A stretch of DNA of 64,000 bases, from NCBI GenBank assembly GCA_965112635.1, contig OZ218778.1:416001-480000 (forward strand), in the 5' to 3' direction. The first letter of the stretch is position 1, and every line of letters begins with the position of its first letter. Below the pieces are notes generated by a model. It worked only from the letters and a program-made list of their open reading frames with translations. It was not told where the DNA came from and ran no database searches. This DNA is from an uncultured bacterium. Lineage in GTDB: Bacteria; Oederibacteriota; Oederibacteriia; Oederibacteriales; Oederibacteriaceae. Position numbers and translations under genes: made by a program. Below, piece after piece: positions 19,694 to 30,893 of this stretch.

Positions 19694-20512
19694 TCACGGC
19701 TCTTTTGACAAAAGTTTTATTGACTCAACGCAGAGATGGAATATTTCCTCAGGTTTTTTCCCTGCCAGGTCTCCCGTCTGCTGGTTGGGGACTCGAACGC
19801 TTACAAAACCGTTATAACCGTCTTGAACTAATGAGGCAAAAAGGGATTTTAAATGAGCATCACCCTTGCCCGGAAGAACCTCTTTTCCATCACGCGCCGA
19901 ACAATCCTCAGCCCTGACATACGCGATATGTTTCCTGAGCAAGGGATAGGCTCGAGAAGCCGGAGGCACACCTGCCAGGACAAATTGCCCCGGTACAAAG
20001 CAAAACCTAAGTTTTGGCGCTGATAGTTCCGTCAATATTTCCAGACATCTTTCAGCGCTATCGGCGTACATTCCCGCGCTATTTTCCAAGGTTAACACTA
20101 CCGAGCTATTCTCTGCCAAAGAGATCATTTTCCCCAGGCGGTCTAGAACTTTAAAGCGATGCTTGGGGAACGGGTCACCTAAGGGCATGTAAAAAGAGCT
20201 GATGCTCAAGTATCGAGAGCCGAAAAACTCCACTAAAGCCACGGCTTTGACCAACAGGTCCATATGTTTCTCGAAGTCGTCCTCGATAGATATTTTTCCG
20301 AGGTCGGCGTCCATCATCGACACATGACACGCCAGATCATTGAGAACGGCCTTCAACTCCCTTGCCTCTTCCATAGACAAAGAAAGGATACTTTTCCCTT
20401 TCCAACTATGGAGGTCAACCTGATGCAAACACTCTTCCTGAACAATGAATGTCGCAAAAAACCTAAAGTCAGGACTAAAAGAATCAGGGGAAGCAGCAAG
20501 GGAGAACATCAA
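19694..20512 (-). CDS. Sugar-phosphate isomerase/epimerase (xylose-isomerase-like TIM barrel) family protein with degenerate metal site
   Basis: GKISIEDDF, ISSFY, LENSAGMYAD..ERC, PGKGD, GYNGFVS; the expected FDP, VHxKD and SLEPH read FVP, VRAED and SVRVP. Confidence 0.7.
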   Translation of the reverse strand: MMFSLAASPDSFSPDFRFFATFIVQEECLHQVDLHSWKGKSILSLSMEEARELKAVLNDLACHVSMMDADLGKISIEDDFEKHMDLLVKAVALVEFFGSRYLSISSFYMPLGDPFPKHRFKVLDRLGKMISLAENSSVVLTLENSAGMYADSAERCLEILTELSAPKLRFCFVPGQFVLAGVPPASRAYPLLRKHIAYVRAEDCSARDGKEVLPGKGDAHLKSLFASLVQDGYNGFVSVRVPNQQTGDLAGKKPEEIFHLCVESIKLLSKEP

Positions 20513-20566
20513 ATAGACTCCAATAAAGAATTAATATCCACAACCTTCGACCATATTAATAATAAC

Positions 20567-21430
20567 CTATTGTTCCACTTTTTGCGCCAAAACTACCCTG
20601 TCTATTCCTCGATAGTCTTTATGGCTTTCCACCAGAAAACCTTTTTGTTTAAGCCATAATTCGACCTTTTTCTTCTGTCCTATACCTATCTCTAACCCCA
20701 ACCATCCGCCTGGTTTCAAATAGGGGTTGGCCTGAGAACATATTTTTTTTAACAACCTTAATCCTTGGGGTCCCCCAGTTAAAGCGATCCTGGGTTCTTT
20801 TTTTACCTCCGGCATCAACCGACTTATCTCCATAGATGAAACATAAGGCGGATTGGAAATGACTCCGTCAAAAAAATTCTTATATTTTCTAGGATCAAAC
20901 GGCCTGAAAAGATTACCCTGTTTTAATATTACTTTCTTTTGCAGTTGATGATTATTTATATTATGTCTTGCCACAGCTAAAGTCTGTTTGGAAATATCCG
21001 TGGCCCAGATTTTTGATGGCAACTCTTTTCCTAAAGCAAGAGCAATACATCCACTGCCCGTCCCAAGATCTAAAAATTTCAGCCCTTTACTTCTCTCAAA
21101 CTTTTTAATGAACTGCTCGACCAAAATCTCCGTCTCTGGCCTAGGGATTAATACCCGGCGATCAACATAAAGGGAAAAATGATAAAAATCACACAATGAA
21201 AAAAGATAGGCGAAGGGCGTGTGATTAGCGCGCTCTTCCACCTTTTTTTGAAATTGTCTTAATTGGGAAAGGCTCAGGATGCGCTCTGGATGGGCCAGCA
21301 AAACGGACCTGTCTTTCTTTAAGGTCCCGGCCAATATTTCAAAGGCCTCCCTGATAGGGCCGGCAATGGCCTTCTGACGCAATCGCTGGCTGGCCGCCTT
21401 CAGGGCTGCTCCCACTGTAAAAGGGGTCAT
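20567..21430 (-). CDS. prmC: Release factor glutamine methyltransferase
   Basis: [21 protein letters not shown]; coupled to prfA by an ATGA overlap. Confidence 0.95.
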   Translation of the reverse strand: MTPFTVGAALKAASQRLRQKAIAGPIREAFEILAGTLKKDRSVLLAHPERILSLSQLRQFQKKVEERANHTPFAYLFSLCDFYHFSLYVDRRVLIPRPETEILVEQFIKKFERSKGLKFLDLGTGSGCIALALGKELPSKIWATDISKQTLAVARHNINNHQLQKKVILKQGNLFRPFDPRKYKNFFDGVISNPPYVSSMEISRLMPEVKKEPRIALTGGPQGLRLLKKICSQANPYLKPGGWLGLEIGIGQKKKVELWLKQKGFLVESHKDYRGIDRVVLAQKVEQ

Positions 21431-22491
21431 ACGACTTTTTTCAGCTGCTCAGCTTGGTCCGCGACGACAAGCGCTTCAAGGACCTGCATTAGAGCGCCGT
21501 TCAAGATCATATCTAATTTTTGCCAGGATTCTCCTATGCGATGATCGGTCACCCGGTTCTGAGGGTAGTTGTAGGTGCGTATCTTCTCGCTACGATCACC
21601 GCTTTTGACCATGGACTGCCGTGTTTCGGCGATCTGGGCCTGCTGTTCCTCTTCATATTTTTGTTTCAATCGGGCCCTCAGGACCCGCATGGCCTTAGCC
21701 TTATTTTTTATCTGCGATTTCTCGTCCTGGCAGGACACAACGATCCCGCTGGGCAGATGGGTGATCCTGACAGCGGAATAGGTGGTGTTTACGCTTTGTC
21801 CCCCCGGACCCGAGGAACAAAAAGTGTCGATGCGGATATCTTGGGGCTGGATATTGACTTCAATCTCCTCAGCTTCAGGCAGAACGGCCACTGTGACTGC
21901 CGAGGTATGGATGCGACCCTGGGTCTCCGTGATGGGAATGCGCTGAACCCGGTGCACACCGCTCTCGTACTTCAGGTATTTATAGGCCTGCCTCCCCTGC
22001 ACCGCGAAAATAACTTCTTTTAGCCCTCCGAGGTCAGTCGGATTGCTCTCTAAAAGTTCGGTTTTCCAATTCCGGCTTTCACCAAATCTGGAATACATCC
22101 TGTAAAGGTCAGAAGCGAACAAGGCGGCTTCCTCGCCCCCTGTTCCAGCTCTGATCTCCATGATCAGGTTCTTATCGTCATCCAGGCCTTTGGGGACCAG
22201 CAAAACCTTTAATTCTTCCTCCAGGACGGCCAACTTGGCCTTAAGAGGCTCCAACTCGTTCTTGGCCAGCTGAGAAAGCTCCTTATCCTTGCTCTCCACT
22301 AAGAGCTTGGCTTCTTCGAGGTCTTTCTGGACCTTTTGGTAATCCTGGAACTTTTCCACAACAGACTTAAGCTCTGCGTAGGCTTTGGCGACCCTCTGCA
22401 AATCACCGGGATTAGACAATACCTTTGGATCAGCCAATTGCTTCCCCAGGTCTTGGAATTTTGCTTCCATCGTTTTCAGTTTATCCAGCAT
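21427..22491 (-). CDS. prfA: Peptide chain release factor 1
   Basis: [11 protein letters not shown], PxT motif (PIT), GGQ, RTYNYPQ. Confidence 0.98.
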   Translation of the reverse strand: MLDKLKTMEAKFQDLGKQLADPKVLSNPGDLQRVAKAYAELKSVVEKFQDYQKVQKDLEEAKLLVESKDKELSQLAKNELEPLKAKLAVLEEELKVLLVPKGLDDDKNLIMEIRAGTGGEEAALFASDLYRMYSRFGESRNWKTELLESNPTDLGGLKEVIFAVQGRQAYKYLKYESGVHRVQRIPITETQGRIHTSAVTVAVLPEAEEIEVNIQPQDIRIDTFCSSGPGGQSVNTTYSAVRITHLPSGIVVSCQDEKSQIKNKAKAMRVLRARLKQKYEEEQQAQIAETRQSMVKSGDRSEKIRTYNYPQNRVTDHRIGESWQKLDMILNGALMQVLEALVVADQAEQLKKVV

Positions 22492-22509
22492 AGCTCACCT
22501 TGTGTTGTA

Positions 22510-22548
22510 AATAAAAAAGACAGGCGTATTGAGCCTGTCTTTTTTATT
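22510..22548 (-). terminator. Intrinsic terminator after rpmE (bidirectional-type)
   Basis: Perfect 16-bp inverted repeat AATAAAAAAGACAGGC-N7-GCCTGTCTTTTTTATT with T-tracts on both strands. Confidence 0.85.
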
Positions 22549-22556
22549 GATTGAAT

Positions 22557-22763
22557 TTAGGCTTGTTTTTTGGCGTACTTTTTCCTGTATCTCTCCACCC
22601 TGCCGTCCGTATCAATCAGCTTGTGCTGTCCCGTGAAAAGCGGATGGCATTTGGAACAGATTTCAATGTGCATATTTTCCCTGGTCGAGCGCGTATGGAT
22701 GATTTCCCCGCACGCGCAGGTGATAGTGGTCTCCTTATAAACTGGCTGAATACTTTTGTTCAT
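22557..22763 (-). CDS. rpmE: 50S ribosomal protein L31 (Zn-binding type)
   Basis: CACG...CSKCHPLFTG...GRVERY. Confidence 0.96.
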   Translation of the reverse strand: MNKSIQPVYKETTITCACGEIIHTRSTRENMHIEICSKCHPLFTGQHKLIDTDGRVERYRKKYAKKQA

Positions 22764-22836
22764 TGTTTTCTCCTTTTCATATTAATCTACCAAAAAACTT
22801 TCATTTTGAGAACAAAATCCTGATTCTATCCGGCTC

Positions 22837-23790
22837 TTATTCACCTCCGACAGCGGCCCTCCTGCTCATAACGGTCACTGACTGAATACCTAGATAGACA
22901 TAAGGGCTGACCGGCTTCCCGTTCCTTCTTACTTCAAAGTGCAGGTGAGGCCCTGTGGAAGAACCCGTGCTGCCCACTTGTGCTATCACCTGCCCCTTTT
23001 TCACCCTTTGGCCGGCGTCAACGAACGATTTGGAGGTATGACCGTAATAGGTGGACAAACTTCCTTTATGGTCTAAAATCACCAGCCGTCCATACCCTCC
23101 CATCCAACCCACGAATTCCACGATTCCGTCCGCAGCGGCATGAATAGGGGTCCCCCAGGCGGCCCTGAGATCGACGCCCCGATGAACCTCCCTTAGGCCT
23201 GTGACTGGGTTTTTGCGCCGGTCCCCGTATCCGCTGCTGATGGACAGATTGCCGTCCAAGGGTCTGGCGAACTTAGCTCGTATACTTCGTTTTAATTTGA
23301 TTAGCAGCCGCCCGCTGGCCCGGTCTAGGGGCTTGGCTCCGGGGATAAAAATTTCCTGGCCCATTCGCAGACGCTCGGGCTTGCTGATACCGTTGGCTTT
23401 TAAAATATCCTCTATTTTTACTTTAAAGGCATTGCTCAAATCGCTTAGAGTCTGGCCTTCCCGTACGCGGTAAAAGATCCCCTTTTGATCCACGACCTCG
23501 ATGATCATGCCGGGAACCAGCGTGCGGATACCTTTGAAGTTGTTGACCCCCCGGTACTGGTCCACGTTAAGGCCCCGCAAAGTGTCCACATCGATGTAAA
23601 AACGGTCGGCAACGGTGGCCAGAGTGTCTCCGGGACGGACTTGGTAGGTCACCATCTTGATTTCCTGTTGTTCCGTGGACTCGGCCCCAATACAATGGCA
23701 GAGCCCTAAAACAATTAAAAAAAACGCGAGGATTAGGACACGGAATTTAAGATTGGGGAGGCGGGCAAAATCGCTTTCAACAAAACTCAT
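22837..23790 (-). CDS. LysM-containing M23 family peptidase
   Basis: N-terminal TM, two LysM domains (YQVRPGDTL, YRVREGQTL), HRGVD, YGH, STGPHLHFEV. Confidence 0.92.
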   Translation of the reverse strand: MSFVESDFARLPNLKFRVLILAFFLIVLGLCHCIGAESTEQQEIKMVTYQVRPGDTLATVADRFYIDVDTLRGLNVDQYRGVNNFKGIRTLVPGMIIEVVDQKGIFYRVREGQTLSDLSNAFKVKIEDILKANGISKPERLRMGQEIFIPGAKPLDRASGRLLIKLKRSIRAKFARPLDGNLSISSGYGDRRKNPVTGLREVHRGVDLRAAWGTPIHAAADGIVEFVGWMGGYGRLVILDHKGSLSTYYGHTSKSFVDAGQRVKKGQVIAQVGSTGSSTGPHLHFEVRRNGKPVSPYVYLGIQSVTVMSRRAAVGGE

Positions 23791-23801
23791 CGATCCTACC
23801 T

Positions 23802-25058
23802 TTATCCTACAGTCATGGATTTCAAAAATTCTTTGTTCGATTTGGTTTTACCCATTTTTTCAATGACCAATTCCATGGCATCCACGGGGTTGGAATTGAT
23901 TAGGACTTTTCGCAGCACCCACATCTTATTGAGCTCTTCCTCAGCTAAGAGGAGTTCTTCTTTACGAGTGCCGGATTTGCAGATATCAATGGCAGGGAAA
24001 ACCCTCCGGTCAGCCAGCCGGCGATCCAACCAAAGCTCCATATTACCGGTGCCTTTGAATTCTTCAAAAATAACGTCGTCCATACGGCTGCCGGTCTCGA
24101 TAAGCGCCGTGGCCATGATGGTCAGACTGCCTCCCTCTTCGATGTTCCTAGCCGCCCCAAAAAACCTTTTGGGCCTCTGCAAAGCGTTGGAATCAACGCC
24201 ACCCGATAATATTTTGCCGCTGGGAGGAACAATGGTGTTATAAGCGCGGGCCAGACGGGTAATACTGTCCAGAAGGATCACCACGTCCTTCTGGTGTTCG
24301 ACCAGGCGTTTGGCTTTTTCTATGACCATCTCCGCCACTTGGACATGCCGTTCCGCGGGTTCGTCAAAAGTGGAACTCACCACCTCGCCTTTGACCGACC
24401 TTTGCATATCCGTGACTTCCTCGGGTCTTTCATCGATGAGAAGAACGATGAGTACGATTTCAGGATGGTTGGTCGTGATACTGTTGGCGATCTTCTGCAG
24501 CAACACCGTCTTTCCAGTCCTCGGGGACGCCACGATCAAACCTCTTTGCCCTTTTCCGAGTGGAGTAAAAAGGTTCATAATCCTCATGGATACTTCTTCG
24601 GTGCTGGTTTCCAGATTGACCCTTTCATCAGGATAAAGAGGGGTAAGGTTATCAAAAAGGATCTTATCCTTTGTGGCCTCAGGATTCTCGAAGTTGACCG
24701 CCTCGACCTTGAGCAGAGCGAAATAGCGTTCTCCCTCTTTAGGCGGACGTACCTGCCCGGAAACAGTATCGCCTGTCCTTAGGTCAAATCGCCGAATCTG
24801 TGATGGCGACACATAGATATCATCAGGCCCGGGCAGGTAGTTATAATTGGTGGACCTTAAAAAACCAAAACCATCCTGCAAAACTTCTAGGACGCCTTCA
24901 GCGAAAATAAGCCCGTTTTTCTGGGCTTGCCCTTCCAATATCTTGAAGATAAGCTCCTGTTTCTTAATCCCGCTTATTCCCTCCAGCTTGAGTTCTTTGG
25001 CGATAGCAGAAAGGTCGGATATCGTTTTTTTCTTCAATTCAGCTAAATTTAGATTCAT
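23802..25058 (-). CDS. rho: Transcription termination factor Rho
   Basis: [41 protein letters not shown]. Confidence 0.98.
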   Translation of the reverse strand: MNLNLAELKKKTISDLSAIAKELKLEGISGIKKQELIFKILEGQAQKNGLIFAEGVLEVLQDGFGFLRSTNYNYLPGPDDIYVSPSQIRRFDLRTGDTVSGQVRPPKEGERYFALLKVEAVNFENPEATKDKILFDNLTPLYPDERVNLETSTEEVSMRIMNLFTPLGKGQRGLIVASPRTGKTVLLQKIANSITTNHPEIVLIVLLIDERPEEVTDMQRSVKGEVVSSTFDEPAERHVQVAEMVIEKAKRLVEHQKDVVILLDSITRLARAYNTIVPPSGKILSGGVDSNALQRPKRFFGAARNIEEGGSLTIMATALIETGSRMDDVIFEEFKGTGNMELWLDRRLADRRVFPAIDICKSGTRKEELLLAEEELNKMWVLRKVLINSNPVDAMELVIEKMGKTKSNKEFLKSMTVG

Positions 25059-25307
25059 TAAAACTCCTTTGTCATGAATAATTTATTTCGCAAAATGGAT
25101 TTTGATAGCAGGAACATCAGCAGGATTTTATAAAGTGAATAATGACATGGTTAATAATTTGGGCTCCACGCAGACATGCAAATACTAAAAAAGATTTAAC
25201 AGCTGATTTTTTGCGCTTTCTGGTAAGTGCTATATTTCTATATCTTTTCTTCCCTTCTGTCAAGGGCAATCTCGGAACAACCAATTCTCCCAGCGAAATC
25301 CTTTATT

Positions 25308-25934
25308 TCAATATCCTTTTTTGTTTCTGGCCCTCGTAAGGGATTGCCATATTCTCAGAGCTTTTGTCCTCAAATTCCCTAGTGTTGAACTGTTATGTAT
25401 TACAAAATCTGCATTCCTCAGCCTCTTTTTAGGGGCCATTTGGCTTCTGATCCTTATCCCTGCGTCCTGCCCAGCGAACCCTCTCTTGCGCAACCAATGG
25501 ATTTGATTGGTCCGCGAGGCCATGACAATGATCACTACATCCACATCAGCAACCAGTCCAGCCTCTAGTAAAAGAGGGGCATCCACGACAATAAACCTAG
25601 CTGAAGAATGACGCAGCCGCTTGATTGTTTTCCGCAGGTCCCTGACTACAGATGGATGAATAATGCGATTTAGTCTTTTTAAGGCCCTGGGGTCCCTAAA
25701 AACAATGTCACCCAGTTTCTTACGGTCTATCTGCCCACTGTTTTTCAGGATCGTTTGCCCGAAAGTCCTGACCAGTCTGGCGTAACTCTGTTGATTAGGC
25801 TGCAGGTAAGTTCGGGCTAATTGGTCAGCATTGAGGATCCTGGCTCCCCAGCGATGGAATAATCCAGCTACGGTGCTTTTCCCGGAGGCAATCCCGCCAG
25901 CGATGCCAATGACCAGGGGCTTAGGGGCATTCAT
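25308..25934 (-). CDS. coaE: Dephospho-CoA kinase
   Basis: GIAGGIASGKS, IDRKKLG..VF, IIHP, DAPLLLE, ADFVIHN; start placed at the ATG at 25934. Confidence 0.92.
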   Translation of the reverse strand: MNAPKPLVIGIAGGIASGKSTVAGLFHRWGARILNADQLARTYLQPNQQSYARLVRTFGQTILKNSGQIDRKKLGDIVFRDPRALKRLNRIIHPSVVRDLRKTIKRLRHSSARFIVVDAPLLLEAGLVADVDVVIIVMASRTNQIHWLRKRGFAGQDAGIRIRSQMAPKKRLRNADFVIHNSSTLGNLRTKALRIWQSLTRARNKKGY

Positions 25935-25953
25935 TAGACAACCTCGATTTTTC

Positions 25954-27386
25954 TCAGGATAATACCAACCGTTTGATGAGCGCTTTGCCGACACCAAGGA
26001 TTTGCTGTACCTTTTTCCAGTTCTGACTTTCACAATAAAGTCTTAGCAATGGTTCCGTACCCGATCCTCTGAAAAGCAACCAGCTACCCCCTCGTAGAAC
26101 ATACTTGACGCCGTCCAAGGTGTCTATTTTTTGAATAGGCAATCCCGCCAAGGAAGACACTGGGTTTTTTACTAAAGATGAAAATATCTTTTCTTTTTAT
26201 CCATCGGCACAAAAAGATCGTTCCGATGGTAAAAAGAAGGTCCACATATTTTTTCGATATCTTTTAGGATCTCCTCCGGCCGGCGACGTTCCATGGCGAC
26301 CAACTCCAACAATAACAACGCCCCCAAAATTCCGTCTCGCTCAGGAATATGATTTTTGAATCCAATGCCGCCGCTTTCTTCTCCGCCTATCAGCACATCA
26401 CCGTCGATCATATGCCGGGCGATATTTTTAAAACCAACTGGCGTAACATGGCTTTTTAAATTGAACTTTCTAGTTAGGTTTTCTACTATGCTCGTCGTAG
26501 AAACCGTATAGACCACATCACCCCTTATCCCCTTGTTCTTATAAAGGTGCCACAAAAGCAAAGCCAATATCTGTGAGGAATACAAGAATCGCCCTCGCCC
26601 ATCTACCCCGCCCATGCGGTCAGCATCTCCATCGCTGGCAATGCCAAAGTCACAACGATGCTTTTTGACCGTCTTCTCCAAGTCCCCTAGATTTTCCTCG
26701 ATAGGTTCTGGAAATATTCCTCCAAACATAGGGTTGGGAGTCCCGTGTATTTGCAATAAGTTGATCCTGGAGCCTACCAGAATATTCTGGACGCAACCGA
26801 TCCCGGCCCCATACATCGGGTCAATAGCCACCTTTAATTTGGAATTTCTGATCGTTTTCAAATCCACATATCCAGCGACCTTTTTAAAATAGAGGGGCAG
26901 CAGATCGACCTTAGTGATTAAACGCTCTTTTTGACTGACTGAAGCTACCTTGGCCTGATGCTTATGGACCAACTGCTCCACGGCCTGGGTTGTTTCCGGG
27001 AACGCCGAACCTCCAAAATAAGATTTAATTTTTATGCCGTTATATTCGTAAGGGTTATGACTGGAGGTAACCATCACCCCTCCGCCACAACCTCTTTTGA
27101 CGATATTGAGGGATACCGCAGGAGTAGGGGCAACAGAGCTGCTCAGGAGAACCGGGATGTTATTGGCTGCTAGGACTTGCGCAACAGTTTGCGCGAATTT
27201 GGAAGACAGGAACCGGGTATCATAGCCGACCACCAGCCCCTTGCGGGTGACACTTTTATCATGAGCCTTGAAATATTCGGCTATGGCCTGGGACACGGAC
27301 CTGACATTATCAAAAGTGAATTCTTCGCCTATTTTGGCACGCCAACCGTCCGTGCCGAATTTTATCGCTTTTTTCTCTTGCGTCAT
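25954..27386 (-). CDS. Phosphoglucomutase/phosphomannomutase split by a -1 frameshift near 26189-26198 (about 477 aa if rejoined)
   Basis: FGTDGWR, TSSHNP, DGDADR and GEESGG lie in 26172..27386; the C-terminal domain (DGVK...WLLFRGSGTEPLLRLYCE) lies in 25954..26160. Confidence 0.88.
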
Positions 27387-27399
27387 CCTGAGTTCCTGG

Positions 27400-28446
27400 T
27401 TAGATTTTGCTATGGGGGGCTATAGTGGTACCCTCGCCAAGTACGGTACCTTCTCGCAATTGGGCAAAAGCCCCGATGTGGCATCTGCTTCCGACGATAC
27501 AGCCGCGCAAGATCGCTTCTTCGTCGATCCTGACGTTTTCCCACAGAACAGACTCATGCAGCAAAGCCCTCTTTTTGACATGGCTGCTTCTGCCGATCAC
27601 GCATCGTTCTACATGGACCCCGCTGTCTATTTTGCATGTTTCCGCGATAGCCAGAGGGCCGACCAGCTTGGCGTCTTTAGCGACAGATGTTTTTTTTCCT
27701 ATCTTAATACCGTTTCTTCCCATCGTGAGCCCGGTGCTCACCCGCTTTTCCAGGATATCCATGTTGGCTTGCAGATAATTTTCCGGCTTGCCGATATCCA
27801 GCCAGTAACCCTTGTAAGGATAGGCATAAAAACGTTCTTTTTGTTTTAAAAGCAAAGGAAATAGTTCCCGCTCCACAGAATAGACAGTTTTTTCCGGCAT
27901 CAGGGAAAAAACTTCCGGTTCAAAAAGATAAGTACCCGCGTTGATCCAATTGCTTCTTGCCTCCGCCCAGCTGGGCTTCTCCAAAAACCGCCGTATACGC
28001 CTAAACGGACTAGTCTCCACCACACCATAACTTGTTGGATCCTCAATTTTATTTAGGACTATGGTAGCCATGGCTTTCTTTTTGTGATGAAATTTGGTCA
28101 AAACAGTCAGATCCAGGTCTGTAAAAACATCGCCGTTAAAAATGATTGTTGGCCCATGGATAAACTTTTCTGCGTTTTTAATAGCACCCCCGGTTCCCAG
28201 AGGTTTGGATTCAATCGCATAGAAAATCTGCATTCCCATTTTGGAGCCATCGCCGAATACTGCTTTGATCAGATCAGGTTTGTATCCTACCGCAAAAATA
28301 ACCTCCCTGATTCCGTGTCTTTTTAATAATTCGAGCTGATATTCCAACAAAGGTTTGTTAACCAAGGGAACAATGGGTTTGGGAAGATTTAAAGTAAGTG
28401 GCCTCAACCGAGTTCCTTCTCCACCAACTAAAATAATAGCTCTCAT
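27400..28446 (-). CDS. NDP-sugar synthase (mannose-1-phosphate guanylyltransferase-like) with left-handed beta-helix
   Basis: ILVGGEGTRLRPLT..PKP, PLGTGG, NGD, FLEKP, INAGTY, WLDIG, hexapeptide repeats. Confidence 0.85.
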   Translation of the reverse strand: MRAIILVGGEGTRLRPLTLNLPKPIVPLVNKPLLEYQLELLKRHGIREVIFAVGYKPDLIKAVFGDGSKMGMQIFYAIESKPLGTGGAIKNAEKFIHGPTIIFNGDVFTDLDLTVLTKFHHKKKAMATIVLNKIEDPTSYGVVETSPFRRIRRFLEKPSWAEARSNWINAGTYLFEPEVFSLMPEKTVYSVERELFPLLLKQKERFYAYPYKGYWLDIGKPENYLQANMDILEKRVSTGLTMGRNGIKIGKKTSVAKDAKLVGPLAIAETCKIDSGVHVERCVIGRSSHVKKRALLHESVLWENVRIDEEAILRGCIVGSRCHIGAFAQLREGTVLGEGTTIAPHSKI

Positions 28447-28477
28447 CTTTTCTCCTTAGTCGGTATTTTATCCGTAT

Positions 28478-29413
28478 TTAGCAGACATGCCTTCTGGCTA
28501 GACCGGTAAAATATTTGATAGTTTCTTGGACTCCAATTTCAAGTTTCACCTGAGGACTCCACCCTAACCCATACCTAGCCTTTTGATAACTGAGGGTATT
28601 TGCCCTTAAGTCTCCCTTGCGAGGCGGCCCGCAAAATGGTTCTTCCTGATATCCCATAGCTTTTTTTATCATATTAAACAACTGCTTTACTGTGGCACCC
28701 CGGCTGGTACCAATATTAAAAGCCTGACCCTGTCCCTTGCTCAAAGCTAGCAGGTTCGCCCTAGCGACGTCTTGAACAAAAACATAATCCCGGATACACC
28801 CTCCATCCCCAAAAATGATAGGTCTTTTACCTTCTAAAATAGCTTTGATAAAAATAGCCACAACCCCTGCTTCACCGTGTGGCTCCTGTCTGGGTCCATA
28901 TACATTGCTGTATCGCAAAATCGTATATTTCAGGCCAAACTGCCTTGCATAAAACCTCAGGTAGTATTCTCCGGTTACTTTACTGATGCCGTAAGGATTT
29001 AGCGGATCCAAAGGATATTTTTCTGTGCAGGGTAGTTTTTTAGGTTCCCCATAAACCGTACCTCCGCTGGAGATAAAAATGAATTTTTTGACCTTAAAAC
29101 GCTTGCAGTTTTCCAGCAGATTCAATGTCCCCAGGGTATTGATCCCCGCATCCTCTTCTGGGTGGTCAACGGAATAAGGCACACTGATCTGTGCCGCATG
29201 GTGACAGACCACGTCAAACTCTTCCTTTTGGAACATTTTTTCAATCTTTGACGAGCGAATGTCCATCCGGAAAAACTTGGCTTTGGCAGGAATATTGGTT
29301 CTTTTCCCGCTGGAAAGATTATCCACCACCGAGACCTTGTGCTCTTTGGAAAGGAAAAGTTCGGCCACATGTGAACCGATAAAACCAGCTCCTCCAGTTA
29401 CCAATATTTTCAT
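28478..29413 (-). CDS. UDP-glucose 4-epimerase-like extended SDR
   Basis: TGGAGFIG, HHAAQISV, YGISK, RYSNVYGPRQ, RDYVFV. Confidence 0.85.
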   Translation of the reverse strand: MKILVTGGAGFIGSHVAELFLSKEHKVSVVDNLSSGKRTNIPAKAKFFRMDIRSSKIEKMFQKEEFDVVCHHAAQISVPYSVDHPEEDAGINTLGTLNLLENCKRFKVKKFIFISSGGTVYGEPKKLPCTEKYPLDPLNPYGISKVTGEYYLRFYARQFGLKYTILRYSNVYGPRQEPHGEAGVVAIFIKAILEGKRPIIFGDGGCIRDYVFVQDVARANLLALSKGQGQAFNIGTSRGATVKQLFNMIKKAMGYQEEPFCGPPRKGDLRANTLSYQKARYGLGWSPQVKLEIGVQETIKYFTGLARRHVC

Positions 29414-29486
29414 GGCTATTCCTTTCTCATGAAAATTGAGGACAGTATAGCAGAACAAAAACCTTTAAAATAAAACAAAATACCAT

Positions 29487-30893
29487 CTAATACGCGTGCT
29501 TGTGCTCAAGGATATCCAGGACCGTGCGAAGGATGATGGTGACGTCCAAAAGCAGCGACCAATTCTCGATGTAGTAGATGTCATATTTGACACGTTCCTC
29601 AATAGATGTATTACCCCTCAAACCGTTGACCTGGGCCCAACCCGTGAGCCCCGCCCTGACTTTATGCCTTTCTAAGTAGCGGGGTATCTTATTTTTGAAC
29701 TGGTTGACAAAATGCGGCCGTTCCGGACGCGGTCCTACCAGGCTCATGTCCCCTTTAAGGATATTCAAGAGCTGTGGCAGCTCATCCAGGCTGGTCTTGC
29801 GCAAGACTCGGCCCAGCCTGGTGCATCGCTGGTCATCCCGGCTTGCCCATACTGGCCCGCTGTGGGTTTCCGCATCCATCCGCATGGACCGGAATTTATA
29901 GGTCCAGAAAATTTTATTATCCCTCCCCACCCTCTCCTGCTTAAAGAACACCGGCCCCTTGGAATCGAGTTTGATCAGCACCATGATGACCAGCCAAACA
30001 GGTGACAACACAACGATACCGATAAAGGAAAGGATAATATCCATGGTCCTTTTGATAAAACGGTTATAGGTTTTTTCCAGGGGTTCTTCCAGCAAGCCAA
30101 AGATGGGCATGCCCTGGATGTCATCCACATGAACAGGGCCGGTGATTAAGTGGAATACATCTGGAATGATTTTGACTTCTACTCCCTGTCCAGAGCAAAC
30201 CTCGATAATCTTGATGAGATGCTGGTCATCCGAACCGGAAACCGCCACAAAGATCTCCTCGATTTCGTATCTCCGTATTAACTGTCCCAACTGGGAGACC
30301 TGGCCTACGACCCTCTGTTTAAAATGCTTGGCCATAAGAGCCTTGCCTGAAGGCCGCACAAAACCCAGCACCCTATAACCATACCTGAGATTGGTCCGCA
30401 AGCGTTCGTAGGTGGACCACGCGGCGTCGCTGGTTCCTACGATGAGGCAGCGGGTCACGCCGAACCCTCTCCTTCTCAGAATGATCTGCAATCGGCGCAA
30501 AATACCTCGGGACACAGCCAAAAAAAGGATATTGAGAGCCCAGTTAAAACTGAGCATGATCCTGGAAAAAGAAACCGTGCGGATGAAAAAAGTCGCGGCA
30601 ATGAGCAGAATAAAACTGATGGTCACGGACTTAAAGATGGAACCGAACTCGTCCGCCCCGGAGATGGAATGCCTCTGCCGGTAGAGCCCGGTATATTTAA
30701 AAACAAATACCTGCACTAACAAGGAAACCAACAGAGCCCAAGCATACCACTTGGGATTGGACAGGAACGCGTGGGGCACCCATCCCGAAAAGAACCTAAC
30801 CCAGAAAATGGCCCCAAAGGACATGCTCAGAACCATCAGGTCCGCTAAAAGCAGGAGCAAAAGGAAGAAACGATGGATGTTCCGTTTAGGCAT
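29487..30893 (-). CDS. Undecaprenyl-phosphate glycosyl-phosphotransferase (WcaJ/WbaP family)
   Basis: Four N-terminal TMs, CoA-binding-like domain, [43 protein letters not shown]. Confidence 0.92.
   Translation of the reverse strand: MPKRNIHRFFLLLLLLADLMVLSMSFGAIFWVRFFSGWVPHAFLSNPKWYAWALLVSLLVQVFVFKYTGLYRQRHSISGADEFGSIFKSVTISFILLIAATFFIRTVSFSRIMLSFNWALNILFLAVSRGILRRLQIILRRRGFGVTRCLIVGTSDAAWSTYERLRTNLRYGYRVLGFVRPSGKALMAKHFKQRVVGQVSQLGQLIRRYEIEEIFVAVSGSDDQHLIKIIEVCSGQGVEVKIIPDVFHLITGPVHVDDIQGMPIFGLLEEPLEKTYNRFIKRTMDIILSFIGIVVLSPVWLVIMVLIKLDSKGPVFFKQERVGRDNKIFWTYKFRSMRMDAETHSGPVWASRDDQRCTRLGRVLRKTSLDELPQLLNILKGDMSLVGPRPERPHFVNQFKNKIPRYLERHKVRAGLTGWAQVNGLRGNTSIEERVKYDIYYIENWSLLLDVTIILRTVLDILEHKHAY

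Noticed and set aside
25060-25300. Riboswitch or ncRNA in the long rho leader
   Set aside because: AT-rich with a TTGACA at 25258-25263 but no well-spaced -10 or recognisable RNA motif; long rho leaders are common.
25954-26160. 68-aa ORF as an independent small protein
   Set aside because: It is domain 4 of the upstream phosphomannomutase.
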